NCBI GenBank assembly: GCA_964016885.1
Contig: OZ024741.1
Coordinates: 177,940,001 to 178,004,000 of the forward strand
Direction: 5' to 3'
DNA: 64,000 nucleotides
Source of the DNA: Eledone cirrhosa
Taxonomy: Eukaryota
Below, one piece after another: positions 13,586-27,910 of this stretch. A model generated the notes under the pieces. That model had not been told where the DNA came from. It did no database searches and saw nothing but the letters and a program-made list of their open reading frames with translations. The first letter of the stretch is position 1. The number at the start of each line of letters is the position of its first letter. The position numbers were made by a program, and so were the translations under genes.

Positions 13586-13631
<46 letters not shown>

Positions 13632-13633
<2 letters not shown>

Positions 13634-14090
13634 CAATATTAAATAAATGGAAAACTATATTTATAAAACCATATTTATTTCATTATATATATTTCGGGGA
13701 TATCATATTAACAATATGCTATGCCTTCATCAGACAAAATACAATATAAACAGTTTTATAGATAAATATATTCGACATACCGTAATAAACATCAACTTCA
13801 TTTGAAGAGGTTCACTGCTAGAGTGAACCTCTTCAAATGAAGTTGATGTTTATTACGGTATGTCGAATATATTTATCTATAAAACTGTTTATATTGTATT
13901 TTGTCTGATGAAGGCATAGCATATTGTTAATATGATATCCCCGAAATATATATAATGAAATAAATATGGTTTTATAAATATAGTTTTCCATTTATTTAAT
14001 ATTGTAAATATACTCCAAGTATTTGTCGAGTGCTTTTATATCAGTTATAAATATTTACTAGTTGTAACCCAACAATTTTAAATATAACTT

Positions 14091-14095
<5 letters not shown>
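13632..14095 (+). mobile_element. PLE-type fold-back: 185-bp inverted repeat plus tail
   Basis: Arms 13632-13816 and 13822-14006, loop GCTAG, unpaired tail 14007-14095, (TA)n on both sides. Confidence 0.9.
13897..13962 (+). ncRNA. Type I hammerhead ribozyme motif
   Basis: TATTTTGT-CTGATGA-[stem II ..CATATT gtt AATATG..]-GAAA-TATATA-TA-ATGAAATA; stem I is 8 bp with two GU pairs; stem III palindromic. Confidence 0.75.
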
Positions 14096-14143
<48 letters not shown>

Positions 14144-14564
14144 CTGATATATGTGTTTGTGTGTGTATATGTGTGTATGTGTGTGTGATATGTACATCTG
14201 AATATTATGTAAATGTACTTCGAAGGTAGAACATTAATCTTGGTAATGGTGTATGTATACATATTTTTTTTCAGTTTCTACACACACGAATGCATATAAA
14301 TATTTACACACACACACGCACACACACACACACACACACAGACATACACACACATACACACACACAAATACACACACACCCATATATATATATATCAGAA
14401 ATGGAGAGAGAGAGTGTGAGAGAGAGACAGATATGTGAGTGTGTGTGTGTGTAGCAACTGAAAACAAAATATGTATACATACAAAAATAAAGGAAAAACA
14501 AATATTTTTCTCCCTAATAATCCTTTTTTTTTCTAACTATTTACATATATATATATATATATCT

Positions 14565-14760
14565 AGGGCAGGTAAAATTCCCGAGATCCATGGACGAGAT
14601 CTCTCCAGCGGTCTCTGTCCCTCATTATCGCTGCGTCTCCAACAGTGTATGTCCTTAGGGCATCAACATACCTTGGTCTTCCTCTTCCAGTGTGCCCACA
14701 ATGTTCAGAAAATAATATGGCGTTATCTATTTAGGTGTAGTAATGTCAACAAAAGGCATG
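14565..14760 (-). mobile_element. 3' end of an RTE-clade LINE
   Basis: Minus strand encodes GHTGRGRPRYVDAL...MRDRDRWR, typical of RTE C-termini. Confidence 0.6.
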
Positions 14761-15199
14761 GATAATGGCAGCAACTTTGTTTCCACAGATACAGAAAAGT
14801 GTACGTATCAAAAGAGGTGAGTGTTATATGAATTTAACAAACGTTATTTTTTATTATAACAGCTTCACTTGTGATTTGGATCGGAACCCGTATAAATTAG
14901 GTAAACCCTTATGCATGAATAGGGTTCGACACCAGGTCTCCGGAGTCGAACACTATTATTACATAGACTAACAGTTCATACATGCCTCACTAGGAACCTA
15001 GCGATCAATGTGGTAACTTGACACCCTAGCCAGTTCAGAAGCAGCAACGCGAATTGAAATATCTATCTCCCACTCATGTAAGAACTACTGCTGGAAAATG
15101 TTTTGGACATATGCTTGCCAGTCGGCGAAGAGAATAACTCGTAAGACCGGTAATATATGAATGGATATTTACATATCATATGGATTTATGTCTGAAGAG

Positions 15200-16820
15200 A
15201 ACGCATAAGGCAGATGTTATACAACTACCATACGTGTTCGATCATTTTCTAGTACATCTGCTTAAATAGATTTTCATATACTAATCAAACATATTTAGGA
15301 GAGCTTATTTTAGCAAAAACAGATACCTCTCAATTATATATATCATAGATATAGTATCGTATAAACGTCTTTTATAAAATGCTGTTTGAGCAAGTGTCCG
15401 AATAAACATTTATTTGCCCAACCCTCATCTAGCATCTACTCAATATGTTCTAATGAAAGATATTTCTATCTTGGTGGATCTGACATTGATTTCCTTTCCA
15501 TTGTGTTCACTGCATCTCCTATATTTGGAAATTATAACGTCAATGTCTCTTTTTGATGAACACATCAAGACTTCTATCCTCTCGGTTTAGGGATATATAC
15601 TCTCTTCGTAATGTTTATGGGTAGAGCAATTTTCCTGGCAGAGAATTCGAATTTATGAAGTTCTTGAGTTTGATCAATAGTATTTGATAGACGAGCTATA
15701 TCATCAAAAATATCTGTATCACAATATCTGGTGGATTTCGCTTACTTTTTGTTTCAATATAAATTTGAAATCTTGTTGATTATCAATGGCTTCCTTCATG
15801 GCAAAATCCAGAGTCATTATACTTCAACCGACAGAAGGAAACAAACAGCTTATAACTAAAACTGAAAGGATTATGGATGATGTTTTTTATCAAAGAATAA
15901 GAAAGATACATTACGGGGAAAGAAGAACTACTGCATAAAGCTCATTTAAATAAAAAAGCTAATCCTATACAGAATGTTGTCAACAAAATAGCCGGAGGAA
16001 AGATATAAGCTGAAAGCCCCGAAGAAAGGATAAAGTTGTGGACGGATTATTTTGCATAGTTTCTTGGACAACCTCCATTGAAAGTTGAAGGAATTATTAA
16101 CAAAGTATTCAAATACTTTGTCAATATATCCTTCAACACTGTTTATTGATGTCGATGATCTTACAATGCAGGAGTTGAAAGGTTAAATCAAATTGACAGA
16201 AGACAGCAAAGCTATGTGCTTGAAGAATATATCAGCAGCAGTATGAAAAGTATGCATAGATGATGAGCTGCTTAAAATCTATCAAAAGATTTTCAAATGA
16301 GATGTAACGAAAATCTGGAGAAGAGAGGTATATTGCTTTTACTCAAGAACGGTGACCTGGGATAAACTGCATATTACAGAGGAATTAGATTGTTAGTTGT
16401 TGCAGCTAAAAGCGACAACAGAATGCTACTAAACAGACGAAAATCTCATATAGATCCGAAAATCAGAGTAAATCGAAATAGTTTCATAAAGAATAGATCG
16501 ACTGTTGTATATGCAGGCAACTAGAAGGCGTCACATCAAAGAAACTAATTGCATTGCTAACATTCATTGACTTCAAAAATGCTATTGACACCATCCATAG
16601 AGAAAAGTTTATGTCAATCTTAGTTGCATATGGCATAGCGATGCCATAGTTTCTTCTGTAAATATACTCTACAAAAACTCTCGTGTTCAAAATATATTTC
16701 TCCTGATAGTGATACCGAGTTTTTGTTTAAATCCTAGGAAGTTTCCTTCAAGGTGACACATTGCCACCATATCGTTTCATATACGTTCTGGGATATTCCA
16801 TGAGGAAAGCCATTATTAAT
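15200..16820 (+). mobile_element. Degraded RTE-clade LINE RT
   Basis: Remnants KNGDLG*TAYYRGIRLLVVAAK..NRMLLNR, FIDFKNAIDTIHR, LQGDTLPPYRFIYVLGYSMRKAI. 5' boundary uncertain. Confidence 0.8.
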
Positions 16821-16864
16821 AAACACACACACACATACACATACACACACACAGACACACACAC

Positions 16865-16923
<59 letters not shown>

Positions 16924-17610
16924 CACACATACACACACACACACACGCACATATATATATATATATAACAATATTCACATAAAGACACCATTCGGTATAG
17001 TTTGTGAATAATGAACGGCTAACTTTCTAATGGGTATGGGTGAGACACCATGAAAAGAAACATATGAATATGAGGATTAAGTTGATGTTTGAAACGCAAA
17101 TGTTTGTTCTGTGGATACAAGCAAATATGATAATGCTGGATAAAATAAGAAATCAATCAATAGTGAACTAGTACCAAATATGAATACATTAACATATGAC
17201 AAGAGTGTCAGATTTTACAATAGAGTTTACGTTGAAACCACCACATAAAGAAAACTAAATATATAAACCCATTACAGAAATAAACTAGAAAATGTCAATA
17301 TACATGCTTATATGTATATAAAGATATAAAATATGCTAACCTCACATCAATGTCAAAATCCACAAAACATAAACAAAGCCTCGCATATATACTGAATGAA
17401 ACCACCATAGCAGAAGATATGTACATCATTGTATAGGAAATATAAGAGATAAACAAAAGTGTTAAAACATTAGTTGTTATTTCTGAATTAAAAAAAGAAG
17501 TGACTGTAGCGTGCCTAAAGCACTATAGTTAATGTTACACCATACAGACAGAAATAAAATGATTATATATGAGATTGTGTAAAGAATATATAATTGTATG
17601 TATATATATG

Positions 17611-17693
<83 letters not shown>

Positions 17694-18066
17694 ATTATTA
17701 ACCAATACACAGTCACCCAATCACGAACACACATCAAACAAGACACTATACACACACGCAAACGCATGCGCAAAGAAGACAACATAAAATAAACAAATAA
17801 ATAAATATATAAACAGACTAAATAAAGATGGCGTAGAAATACAATGTAACGGGAGGAAACAATAGCAACATTGAGGACCCAATAAATTAGATTACCGATA
17901 TAAAAGACACAGAAGCGAAAAGCGAAAACCAACCAAACAGTGAGTGTGTTCTGTTATTAATTCTGTCAATATTACACAAATATGACCCTCCCGAAGTATA
18001 AGAATATTTGTTTCAACACACGATTTCATATCAAAACCCTCGCAAAACTATATATATATATATATA

Positions 18067-18884
18067 TAAATACATTATCGGAGAAAGCTTTTTAGCGACA
18101 CTCCGGCTAAATTTCAACTCACTCAACAAACATTAGGAAATAAGTGAGTATATTCCTAATTAAGCGTTCGGGGTACTAACTAAATATATCGCGTGGAAAA
18201 TTGGCTGTATTATTTCATATGAGACATATCGAATATATCTCTTCCCAGACGGACGTCTCGTTTCATTATAGGATTCCTACAATTTGGGTGAAATTATACC
18301 AATTTATGTAGGAGCATCGATAGATATATATTCAAGTGGGCTCCTATAATTAATGAGTGGGTGCCCCAATAATACTAATATTGATAATCTAACCAACATA
18401 GCGATAATCATCATCAGTGCCTGAGGTATCTGTTAGGTTGCTAGTCCAGCAGTTCTAAAGAAATACTCAAACTGATTCAAAAATGAGGAAATAAATTACC
18501 GCCCAAAAAACAATACATGCATGCGCATGGCAATGAACTCTAAAAGGAATTCAAGCCACGTGCTAGAACTCAATTGGAACTTGAAAAATGATCTATGTGC
18601 GTACAACATTTGATGACACACACAGATATTTACTCGGGCAAAATAACAGAATGAGATATAAGAAACAATCAATATTCATATATAAAAAAATAAACAAAGA
18701 AAGTCTAACTTTATACCGGGAATTTCAAATCTGTTGCACCCAGAGTAAAAAAATAAATACATTATCGGAGAAATCTTTTTAGCGGTACTCCGGCTAAATT
18801 CCAACTCACTCAACAAACATTAGGAAATAAGTGACTATATTCCTAATTAAGCCTTCGGGGTGCTAAGTAAATGTATTGCGTGGA
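18067..18884. repeat. ~130-bp imperfect direct repeat (18067-18197 and 18753-18884) between TA tracts
   Basis: ATAAATACATTATCGGAGAAA...GCGTGGA occurs twice with a few substitutions. Confidence 0.85.
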
Positions 18885-19158
18885 TATATATATATATAAA
18901 TGGAAAAAATGAAATTTCATTTCTCACTCTTAGTACGGCTGATACATAAATATAAGTATGTATACGTACGTACATATATGTATACAGACGTACAGTAGTA
19001 TGTATATACATACATGCACACATATGTATATATGTGCGTATGGGTTTACCGAACATTTATTATATTGCTCGGTTTGTTTGTAAACAAACAGTCCGAATTA
19101 TTAGCCGTACAGTGTTCGGCAACCATCGTTGCCATTTTGTTCAACACTGACAAAGGAA

Positions 19159-19199
19159 CGATGAACTAGTTTCTAGCTTATTAGCTGTCATCAGCACCG
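19159..19199 (-). ncRNA. Minimal type I hammerhead ribozyme motif
   Basis: Minus strand CGGTG-CTGATGA-CAGCTAATAAGCTA-GAAA-CTAG-TT-CATCG: canonical core, 5-bp stem I, palindromic stem III. Confidence 0.8.
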
Positions 19200-19386
19200 T
19201 ATACCTTCCTGTCAGTTGATTGAACGTTTGAAAGTATATACTTTCCTTATGCATATTAACGGCTGAGCAGCCTAATTTGCATATCGAGTGAGTTAGTCGG
19301 CCGGGCTTACCGAGTACGATAAATGGAAAAAAATGAAATTTCATTTCTCACTCTTAGTACGTATGTATATATGTATGTATATATAA

Positions 19387-19456
<70 letters not shown>

Positions 19457-19460
<4 letters not shown>

Positions 19461-22400
19461 CTTGGTTCCTAAATTATGAATCGACTTTTCAAACGGATTA
19501 CACCTCCAATAACCCGTTCATAAAAATTGGAAAACCCATAACCGAACCGCACAACAACTTCGCCAACCACCCACCCACTAACAAAAGAAGAAGGAAGCAC
19601 CACACCGAAGATGAACTTCCCAACCTCGTTTCCATAAGAAGGAACAAAAACCCTAGAAATCATCACCCCCAGAATGACATTTACAACTTTCCCCCTTCAA
19701 GGAGACACCATACCAAATCACTCAACTACTACGCGGATGCCTCATCGTCAAACATACGGAAAAGATACCACCACCATGATAGATATAACAACTTCCCCGC
19801 TTCAAGAGGACAGCAAGGTAATTTCCATTTTCTCAACTCTCTCTTCCACAATACACAACAAACCCACACCACACGATACAACCAACAACGTAGGCCACCT
19901 ATAACACCACAATCCAACATGGCACATAGAAACACATATCAATACTCGCAATACAGGAACACCCCATTCAATCTACAACCACGAATCCGAACCACATTTT
20001 ACAACAACAAGGAATATAACAAACACAGGAGACCACTTAACATCAGCAAACAACCCCGCTACCCGAACCATTTTTTAGACACAGCACACTGATACAGGTA
20101 AACAAAATATCACAAGAGAGGGAGGAGAAACCGAGAGTAATAAAAATTATCAATCTAACTAGTGCAGAACCAACACCCAACCTTATCAACTTACTCTCCA
20201 AAGGTCTTAAATTCACACCGACCCCACTATGTCCTAACTATAATGAAATGAAGGAAAACATCACAGACTTCTGTAGAAAGTTACGACTCAGTGAAGAACT
20301 ATTCGACCAGTACAATGAGGATGAATCATTAGCCAGAAATAGAAGCAACTACACCCCATCAAAAGGTAGAAAAAAATTCCTGGACGAATTCTGTGAACAC
20401 ATCACAAACTTCCCTTACCAACACTTGCACAGACACAAACACAAGCCAAACCTCAACAAGAAAGTATGGGAAGAATTAAATAGATTAAAAACCGAGAGAA
20501 ACCTTAAATTTAAAGAGGCTAATAAATGGAGTACAGTAGTCTTAATGGAGACAGAATTTTATATCAACATAGCGCTCTCCACTTTGGAAAACGAAACATA
20601 CTACGAAAAGGCTGAACACTACCATCAACAGAAAATTATGAGAAACCTAAAAACTCTGATCAACCAATACAAAGAAGTACACACTAACAAGGAATTCAGC
20701 TTCATCACAGACTTCACAAGTGAATCCAGCCTTTTCTACGGTACCCTAAAGTACATAAAAGCTAATTAATAAGTAAGGCACGCAAGGAAGCCACAGACAT
20801 AGTCATTAATGTCCCTTCACCCACTGATCTCAAATTAAGACCTATAATAGCAGGCCTCGCTTGCGAAACCCACCGCCTTAGCAAGTTCAATGATACCATT
20901 CTCAAGCCTTTTCACAAGCATATCAAAAGCTATATAAGGGACGACCTAGATATGCTCAATCACCTCCCTAATATGCCCCTTTCTGAACAAACCCTACTAG
21001 TGAGTTTCGATGTAGTCAACCTATACTCCAACATCCCCCTCAACCTAGGAATAGAAGCTATCCAATTTTGGCTGGATAATTACCACAATGAACTCCCACA
21101 ACGCATCAAAAAAGAATTCGTGATAGAGGGACTCACATTTATCTTGGAGAACATTTACTTCGTTTTCAATAACAAATCCTACAGGCAGAAATCTGGGACC
21201 GCTATGGGAACGAAAACAGCCCCCACTTATGCCAACCTAGTCATGGGATAACTGGAAATAACCCTCTACACTAAAGTACTAAACATATTTGGAAACACTC
21301 TCCACTTACACATAGAAAAGAACTGGAAGCGATATATAGATGACTCCTTCATCCTTTGGCACGATAACATCGAGAAACTTAAAGAATTTCACACCCTTAT
21401 AAATGGGCTCAACACGAATATTAACTTTACGATGGAATACAGCCATCAACAACTCCCCTTCTTCGACATCCTCATTAAGATTCATAACAAAAAAATAGAA
21501 ACATACATATACTACAAGCCCACAGACGCCAAGCAATATCTTCCTTTCAACTCTTGCCACCCTAGACACGTTAAAATTAATATTCCCTACAACTTAGCCA
21601 AGAGAATCTGTACTATAGTCTCCAATAAAAACACCTGTTACTTACGGCTACAAGAACTAAAGGACACACTCATAGGCAGGGACTACCCTGCATCACTAAT
21701 TGACAATGGAATCCAACGTGCCCTAAAACTCAGTACCCAGGACCTTAGACACCCTAAAGTAAATCAACCGAAACTAAAAGCTCTTCCATACATCTCCACA
21801 CACAACCCCCTCAACAATGAAACCTTTGACACCATCCTCCAGAACATCCCTGTGTTAAAAAAAGACCATAGAATGAACAAAATCCTACGAACACACGATA
21901 TCATAAAGAGCAAAAGGAATCTCACTTTATTAACAAATACGGACCCCGTCTAAACAATTCTCCCTAAGACGAACCCACAACATACATACGTCAACATACA
22001 TACCTACATCAGCATACATCCTACATACATCTCTATCCACATATAAACACAGTGACATACGTAAACACACATGTTCTATGGTGCAACACAAATATACACA
22101 AATGTGCATACCTTTTGATGTCTATAGATATAAACGTGCCGACACACACATACATATATGCACACATGCATTGCACATTGATGGGCACATACATATTTGT
22201 ACACAAGTATTCCAATACGGCAGGGCCTAATGGATTCCCCTTGCAGTACGTACAATCTGGATACTCACACATACCTTGGTGTTATGACAATACTATATAT
22301 CATTTCACACCTTTTATTATTAATGTTTTTCATGTCCTCTTGAGAGAATCGTTTTTGCTGAAAATATCGAATAATGTACACCATTTTTACCAGTATCACA

Positions 22401-22641
22401 AAAATACTGGTCCTCCCACACACACACATACACACATATACACACACACATATACACACATACATATACACACACACATACACACGCGTACACTAACATA
22501 CAAAGAGACATATACACACACACACTCACACTCCTCCGTATAAGACAAGAGCTGAAAAATATCTTTCAACATGTTAAAATATCCCCCACCTACGTACAGA
22601 CACATTCCTACTGACCAATCCCTCTACCACGAATTACTCTG

Positions 22642-22703
<62 letters not shown>

Positions 22704-23280
22704 TTGTCTTAATAGGCACCTGAACTGTTGACCTTTCAACATGACTGCATTTCACACACACATCCCTACTGACCTTTAGCACAACAATGAACCTCTTTAC
22801 TACATACACACACACACACACACATATTTGTCTTAAAAGACTTATTTTTCAGTGACTTCTCAATCAGGCGAAAAAGGACACTCTTCGACAAACCTACATT
22901 TGGCGCAAAATCAATTTTTAACATTCACGTGACCTCTACCGACCAATCAAAATTGTTTTGACCACAAGAATTTTTTGCCACAGGAATTGGCGCGAAACTT
23001 ATTTTAATACCTCTGGAGCCACTTTTTTTCCCATAAAACAGGTAGAATTTCCCAAACTGATCAGTTTAGAGCAAACATCACGGGCGCTCTATCTCAAAAT
23101 TATTTTTGAAAAGCATTAGAAATGCGCAACCGGTAAAAACTTAAAACTAAAACCAATGCTTATTACTAATTTTTACTTATTTCTAATTAAACTATTTTTC
23201 ACTGGGAACAATTTGTCAGCAATTTCTTTTCCTTTTACCAATACATCACAACTCGTGTGTTACACCTCTATTCTTTTAAA
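19457..23280 (+). mobile_element. Penelope-like element (Neptune-like RT), decayed
   Basis: 20140-21953 encodes LLSKGLKFTPTP, LRPIIAG, LVSFDVVNLYSNIP, QKSGTAMGTKTAPTYANLVMG, WKRYIDD, YYKPTD, SCHPRH with stops and frameshifts. Hammerhead-like 3' end at 23103-23139; (TA)n flanks. Clade label is from memory of motifs. Confidence 0.9.
23103..23139 (+). ncRNA. Hammerhead motif with U3-A8 core, GAAA mutated to GCAA
   Basis: TTT-TTGAAAA-GCATT aga AATGC-GCAA-CCGG-TA-AAA. Confidence 0.6.
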
Positions 23281-23372
23281 TATATATATATATATATAGT
23301 CGTCACAAACAGTCATGACTGGCTTGGACTGGTGTTCGGATTCTGTCGATCGATTGGTTATTAATTAGGCGA

Positions 23373-23485
23373 TACTCGCTGATGACGCCGCATAAGCCGA
23401 TTATACATTGTTGCATAATATATGCAGACGGATGGTGCAGTGCACCTTACTGATGCATTAATGCGACAGAAACTCGAGTCCGGTA
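23373..23485 (+). ncRNA. Hammerhead motif with long stem II, in a solo pLTR-like insert (23299-23616)
   Basis: TACTCG-CTGATGA-CGCCGCAT..ATGCGACA-GAAA-CTCGAG-TC-CGGTA; palindromic stem III, GUC site. Confidence 0.7.
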
Positions 23486-23620
23486 ACCATTATAGGCACC
23501 CGTTTTACGTGTGTTGTATTGAAGCAAATAACTATGTGTATATTCTGCCCATGGAGTACGCTGAGATAAAACCGGTACTGACATTAATAAATATGCTGGG
23601 TCCGTCAACTCCTTATTATG

Positions 23621-23660
<40 letters not shown>

Positions 23661-23688
23661 TGTATGTATAAGTCTATATATATATATG

Positions 23689-23803
<115 letters not shown>

Positions 23804-23812
23804 ATATATATG

Positions 23813-23852
<40 letters not shown>

Positions 23853-24180
23853 TGTATATATAAGTATATATATACACATATATATATATAGTTATGGAAG
23901 CAGAAAATTGCTTATTGTAATCCAGTTGGTGGTTAAGTTACCCAGTTTCTTGGACGGTTTCCAACGTACGATTAGGGGTAACTCCACATGTTTGCAAGGA
24001 TGTGGTTAGTAAATCACGTTCAATCTTGGAGTATAAAGAATAAAAGAGAAAACACAGTTAAGCATTAAAAAAAAAGGATTTCAGCCAGGTATTTTCATTG
24101 GTAATCGCAACCTTATATCACTATACTGCAAATAGCAGCCACTCGATAATAACTGTATATATATATATATATATATTATA

Positions 24181-24682
24181 TACATTATGAAGAGAGAAGA
24201 AACATTTAGATATAATTAGTAATAAAATGTATCATGCCTCGATATGAATACCCCCTCCGCCTCCGTGGTATTTTCTTCGTGGTTATAAGAGGCTTAGCTC
24301 TGTTTCTCGACCGTTATATCGCGTGACTGTCTCCCCCTCCGCCTTTTGGGATTCTTTCTCACGTCGTGTAGACGCGTTCTTGAGACTAGTAAAATGAGGT
24401 ATCCTCTTGATAAGTCGGCAGACCTCGCAAGGACTCTATACCTTTGATATATTGTTTTTGTTTATGCCACGAAACTACGTAGTCGAGGAATTTAGGAACA
24501 GTTTAGGTATGATACATTTTATTACTAATTATATCTAAATGTTTCTTCTCTCTTCATAATGTATTTTTAACTCTGATACTGGTTCAGTCTGGTTCAAACT
24601 GAATTAGTCTGTCCCAGTCATTCATTGAGCAACATCGGTGAAGTTGGCACCCTTAACTCACAGTTGGGTGCGGATGCATTCA
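24181..24682 (+). mobile_element. PLE-type fold-back with ~58-bp arms and an internal hammerhead
   Basis: Arms 24181-24239 and 24506-24563; tail to ~24682; TA-rich flanks. Confidence 0.8.
24403..24488 (+). ncRNA. Hammerhead motif with U3-A8 core
   Basis: CCTC-TTGATAA-GT(C)GGCA...TGCCAC-GAAA-CTACGTAG-TC-GAGG. Confidence 0.75.
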
Positions 24683-24868
24683 TGTATATATGTGTGTGTC
24701 CGCATGTATCTGTGTGTTTCTAAATATATATATTATATATATATATATATATAGTATTAAGGATACTATTTATGGTTATCTATATACTAAAACTTGTTAT
24801 AGTTATATATATGTTAAACCCTAAACAGTGAAACACAGCAATTTATTACTGCCTTATTACTAGTAAGA

Positions 24869-24904
<36 letters not shown>

Positions 24905-25041
24905 CAATAGTACAGCTTATTCGAAGTTCGATCAGCAGCCAAGCTAACAAATGCCTTCAGCAGTGCAGCCAAGCACTCGACAAGGAATAAACCTCAGAGT
25001 AATAACATACAGTTTAAAATATATCCTGCTGTTTCCGTGAA

Positions 25042-25094
<53 letters not shown>

Positions 25095-25252
25095 GGTTTA
25101 ACGCTTGAAACAACAGGATGAGAATGTAAACTGTCGTGCATTAATATTTAATGAGACAATACGATTAGAGATATGAAATAAGATATAAACATAAAGAGAG
25201 AGATGAGGAGATGAGAAAAATGTATATATATATAAGTATGCATACGAACGCG

Positions 25253-25346
<94 letters not shown>

Positions 25347-25361
25347 GTATATATATATATA

Positions 25362-25514
25362 TAACAAAGGAATTGTTGTAAGGAACCAGATGGATCATAA
25401 CGCACAGGAGTACTCAATACTTAGTGTAGTAGAGTGGGAAATAGGAAAAGGTATGACCCCGAGTCCAGAAATAGCCGTCGAAACGGCTTGAGCTCTGCCG
25501 TCGGGGTCATACTT

Positions 25515-25520
<6 letters not shown>
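25362..25520 (-). mobile_element. Short fold-back of the 38-41 kb PLE family 3' end
   Basis: Reverse-complemented tail (25362-25462) joined to plus-strand AGTCCAGAA..GCCGTCGAAACGGCTTGAGCTC..CCGTCGGGGTC; (TA)n flanks. Confidence 0.8.
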
Positions 25521-25552
<32 letters not shown>

Positions 25553-25553
25553 C

Positions 25554-25589
<36 letters not shown>

Positions 25590-25645
25590 CATACACACAC
25601 ACACATATACATACACACACACATATAAATATACATACACACACC

Positions 25646-26055
<410 letters not shown>

Positions 26056-26644
26056 GTACGTATGGGTTATATCGAATAATAATAATATTCGATTCGTTTG
26101 CATACAAAAGGCCCGACTAAGCTATGCTGTGTCCTGATGACCAATCGTCATCCGTTTGTTCAACAGTAACATCAAGGAACAATTAGTATGTTTCTGGCCC
26201 GTTACCCTTTATCCGGACTGTGTAGCTCTATGCCTCTCTGTTGAACAGTTGAAAATATATAGTATTTTCTAAAGTATACACGGCTTGATTGCTTTAGCAG
26301 CTGTCTTCATGAGAAGTTGTATATTTTGTGTAAATGGCTTAAACCTGACTAACAGGCCTAGAAGTATACTTTAATTTACTGTCTATATTGTATGTTAAAG
26401 AAATTGGATTCTTTGAGTCAGCCAGATTAAACTGTTTCTCCTTTTCTTTTTTTTATTTTTATTCAATCTTCACTGTGATCTCTCAAGAGTTACCTCCCTC
26501 GATCTTACCTTCTAATTAAAAAGTAAACACCTTTTTTTCTAATTACTAAATTACCTACCTTTATTTAAAATGTTATCATATATTTCTAAAAGGAAAGTAC
26601 AATCAATCCCAGGCGGTCATCTTTATTTATATTTATCTAATAAT

Positions 26645-26832
26645 AATTGTTTCTACTTTTGGCACAAGGCCAGCAATTATCCCAGTACATTACTGGTACT
26701 TTATTTTATCGACCCCGTAAGGATGAAAGGCAAAGTAAACCTCGGCGGGATTTGAACTCAGATCGTAAAGGGACGTAACTATGCTGGAAAGCATGGCGTC
26801 CGACCCTCCACCGATACTGCCAATCCACCGCC
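26645..26832 (-). mobile_element. tRNA-derived SINE
   Basis: Reverse complement of the 12.5-kb SINE. Confidence 0.9.
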
Positions 26833-26864
26833 TATTTATCTAATAATAATACTACTATAGAAAT

Positions 26865-27274
26865 AGTATCCCGATGAGAATCGGTACGACCTTGATCTCA
26901 TGACAGTCCCAAATCAATTTAAATTCACACTTTAAATCCTGGTATCGGTTAATTTTCTTGCAATCTTGTGTCAAATGCGAAGGCTACATCTACAATCAGG
27001 TACAATCTTTTTTTCCTTGTGAAAATCCACCAGATCAGGCCTATTGCGTTCTAATTTCTTCTCTGTCTGTATCTTGAAATACCATAACACCTTCACTTGA
27101 TCGATTTCTATCACTGTCTTTTGTTTAAGTTCATAACTCTTCTCAGAATGTGGTAAACTATTTACTTTGCATAAATGCCAGTGAATCGCCTTGCCTATTA
27201 TATCCTGTCTCTAGCCTTTATAGTGAGTCCGGGCTAGGTGTTTAGACTTGGAAACTATGTGAGCCACAGTCTCC

Positions 27275-27305
<31 letters not shown>

Positions 27306-27910
27306 TTCTCCACAGATCCTACACAGATCCTACACAATGAGCTAGCATCCTCCTTGTCAATATGGTGTTTCACGCACTTCGTTCTGAGGGTGTGCTCTTG
27401 TGCAGCCATTAGCATTCCTTCTGTAACTTTTTTAATGTCTCCTCTTTTTTACCAGTTCCATGTCTGTGGTTCTCTGAATTCCGTTTTCTTAAAAAGGTGC
27501 TATGAAGGGATTTTTCATGAAGGTTCCTTTTCCTCTTTGTTGTTATTTCCTCTTTTGACATGCTCAGGTCTATTGTCTTCTCCTTCAGTACAACTTTGAG
27601 CATTGCCTCCCTACTCTCAGACACATATTTGTGCAGACTGCTTTTCTCCATCCGGACACAATCATCTATGCTGATAAGACATCTTCCACCTTCAGATCAC
27701 TTTAGGTCGAGTCTATCGACATCACTCCTCTTGGAGAACATGCTGTAGTTAGTCACTAGCTTCCTATTCTTTCTATCAATTTCTTTTTGTTTAGTAACAT
27801 TCCATTTCAGAATTCCCACACTGTACCTATTAATAGACACAGCCCGGGAATTTATGGCACTTATCACATTCGTACTATCTAGATGTGATTTTTAAAAATC
27901 ATGTGAGTTC
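26865..27910 (-). mobile_element. Fragment of another R4/Dong-like RLE element
   Basis: Minus-strand remnants SDVDRL..EGGRCL, LCRIC..ETVAHIVS, KAIHWHLCK, NRPDLV. Confidence 0.8.
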
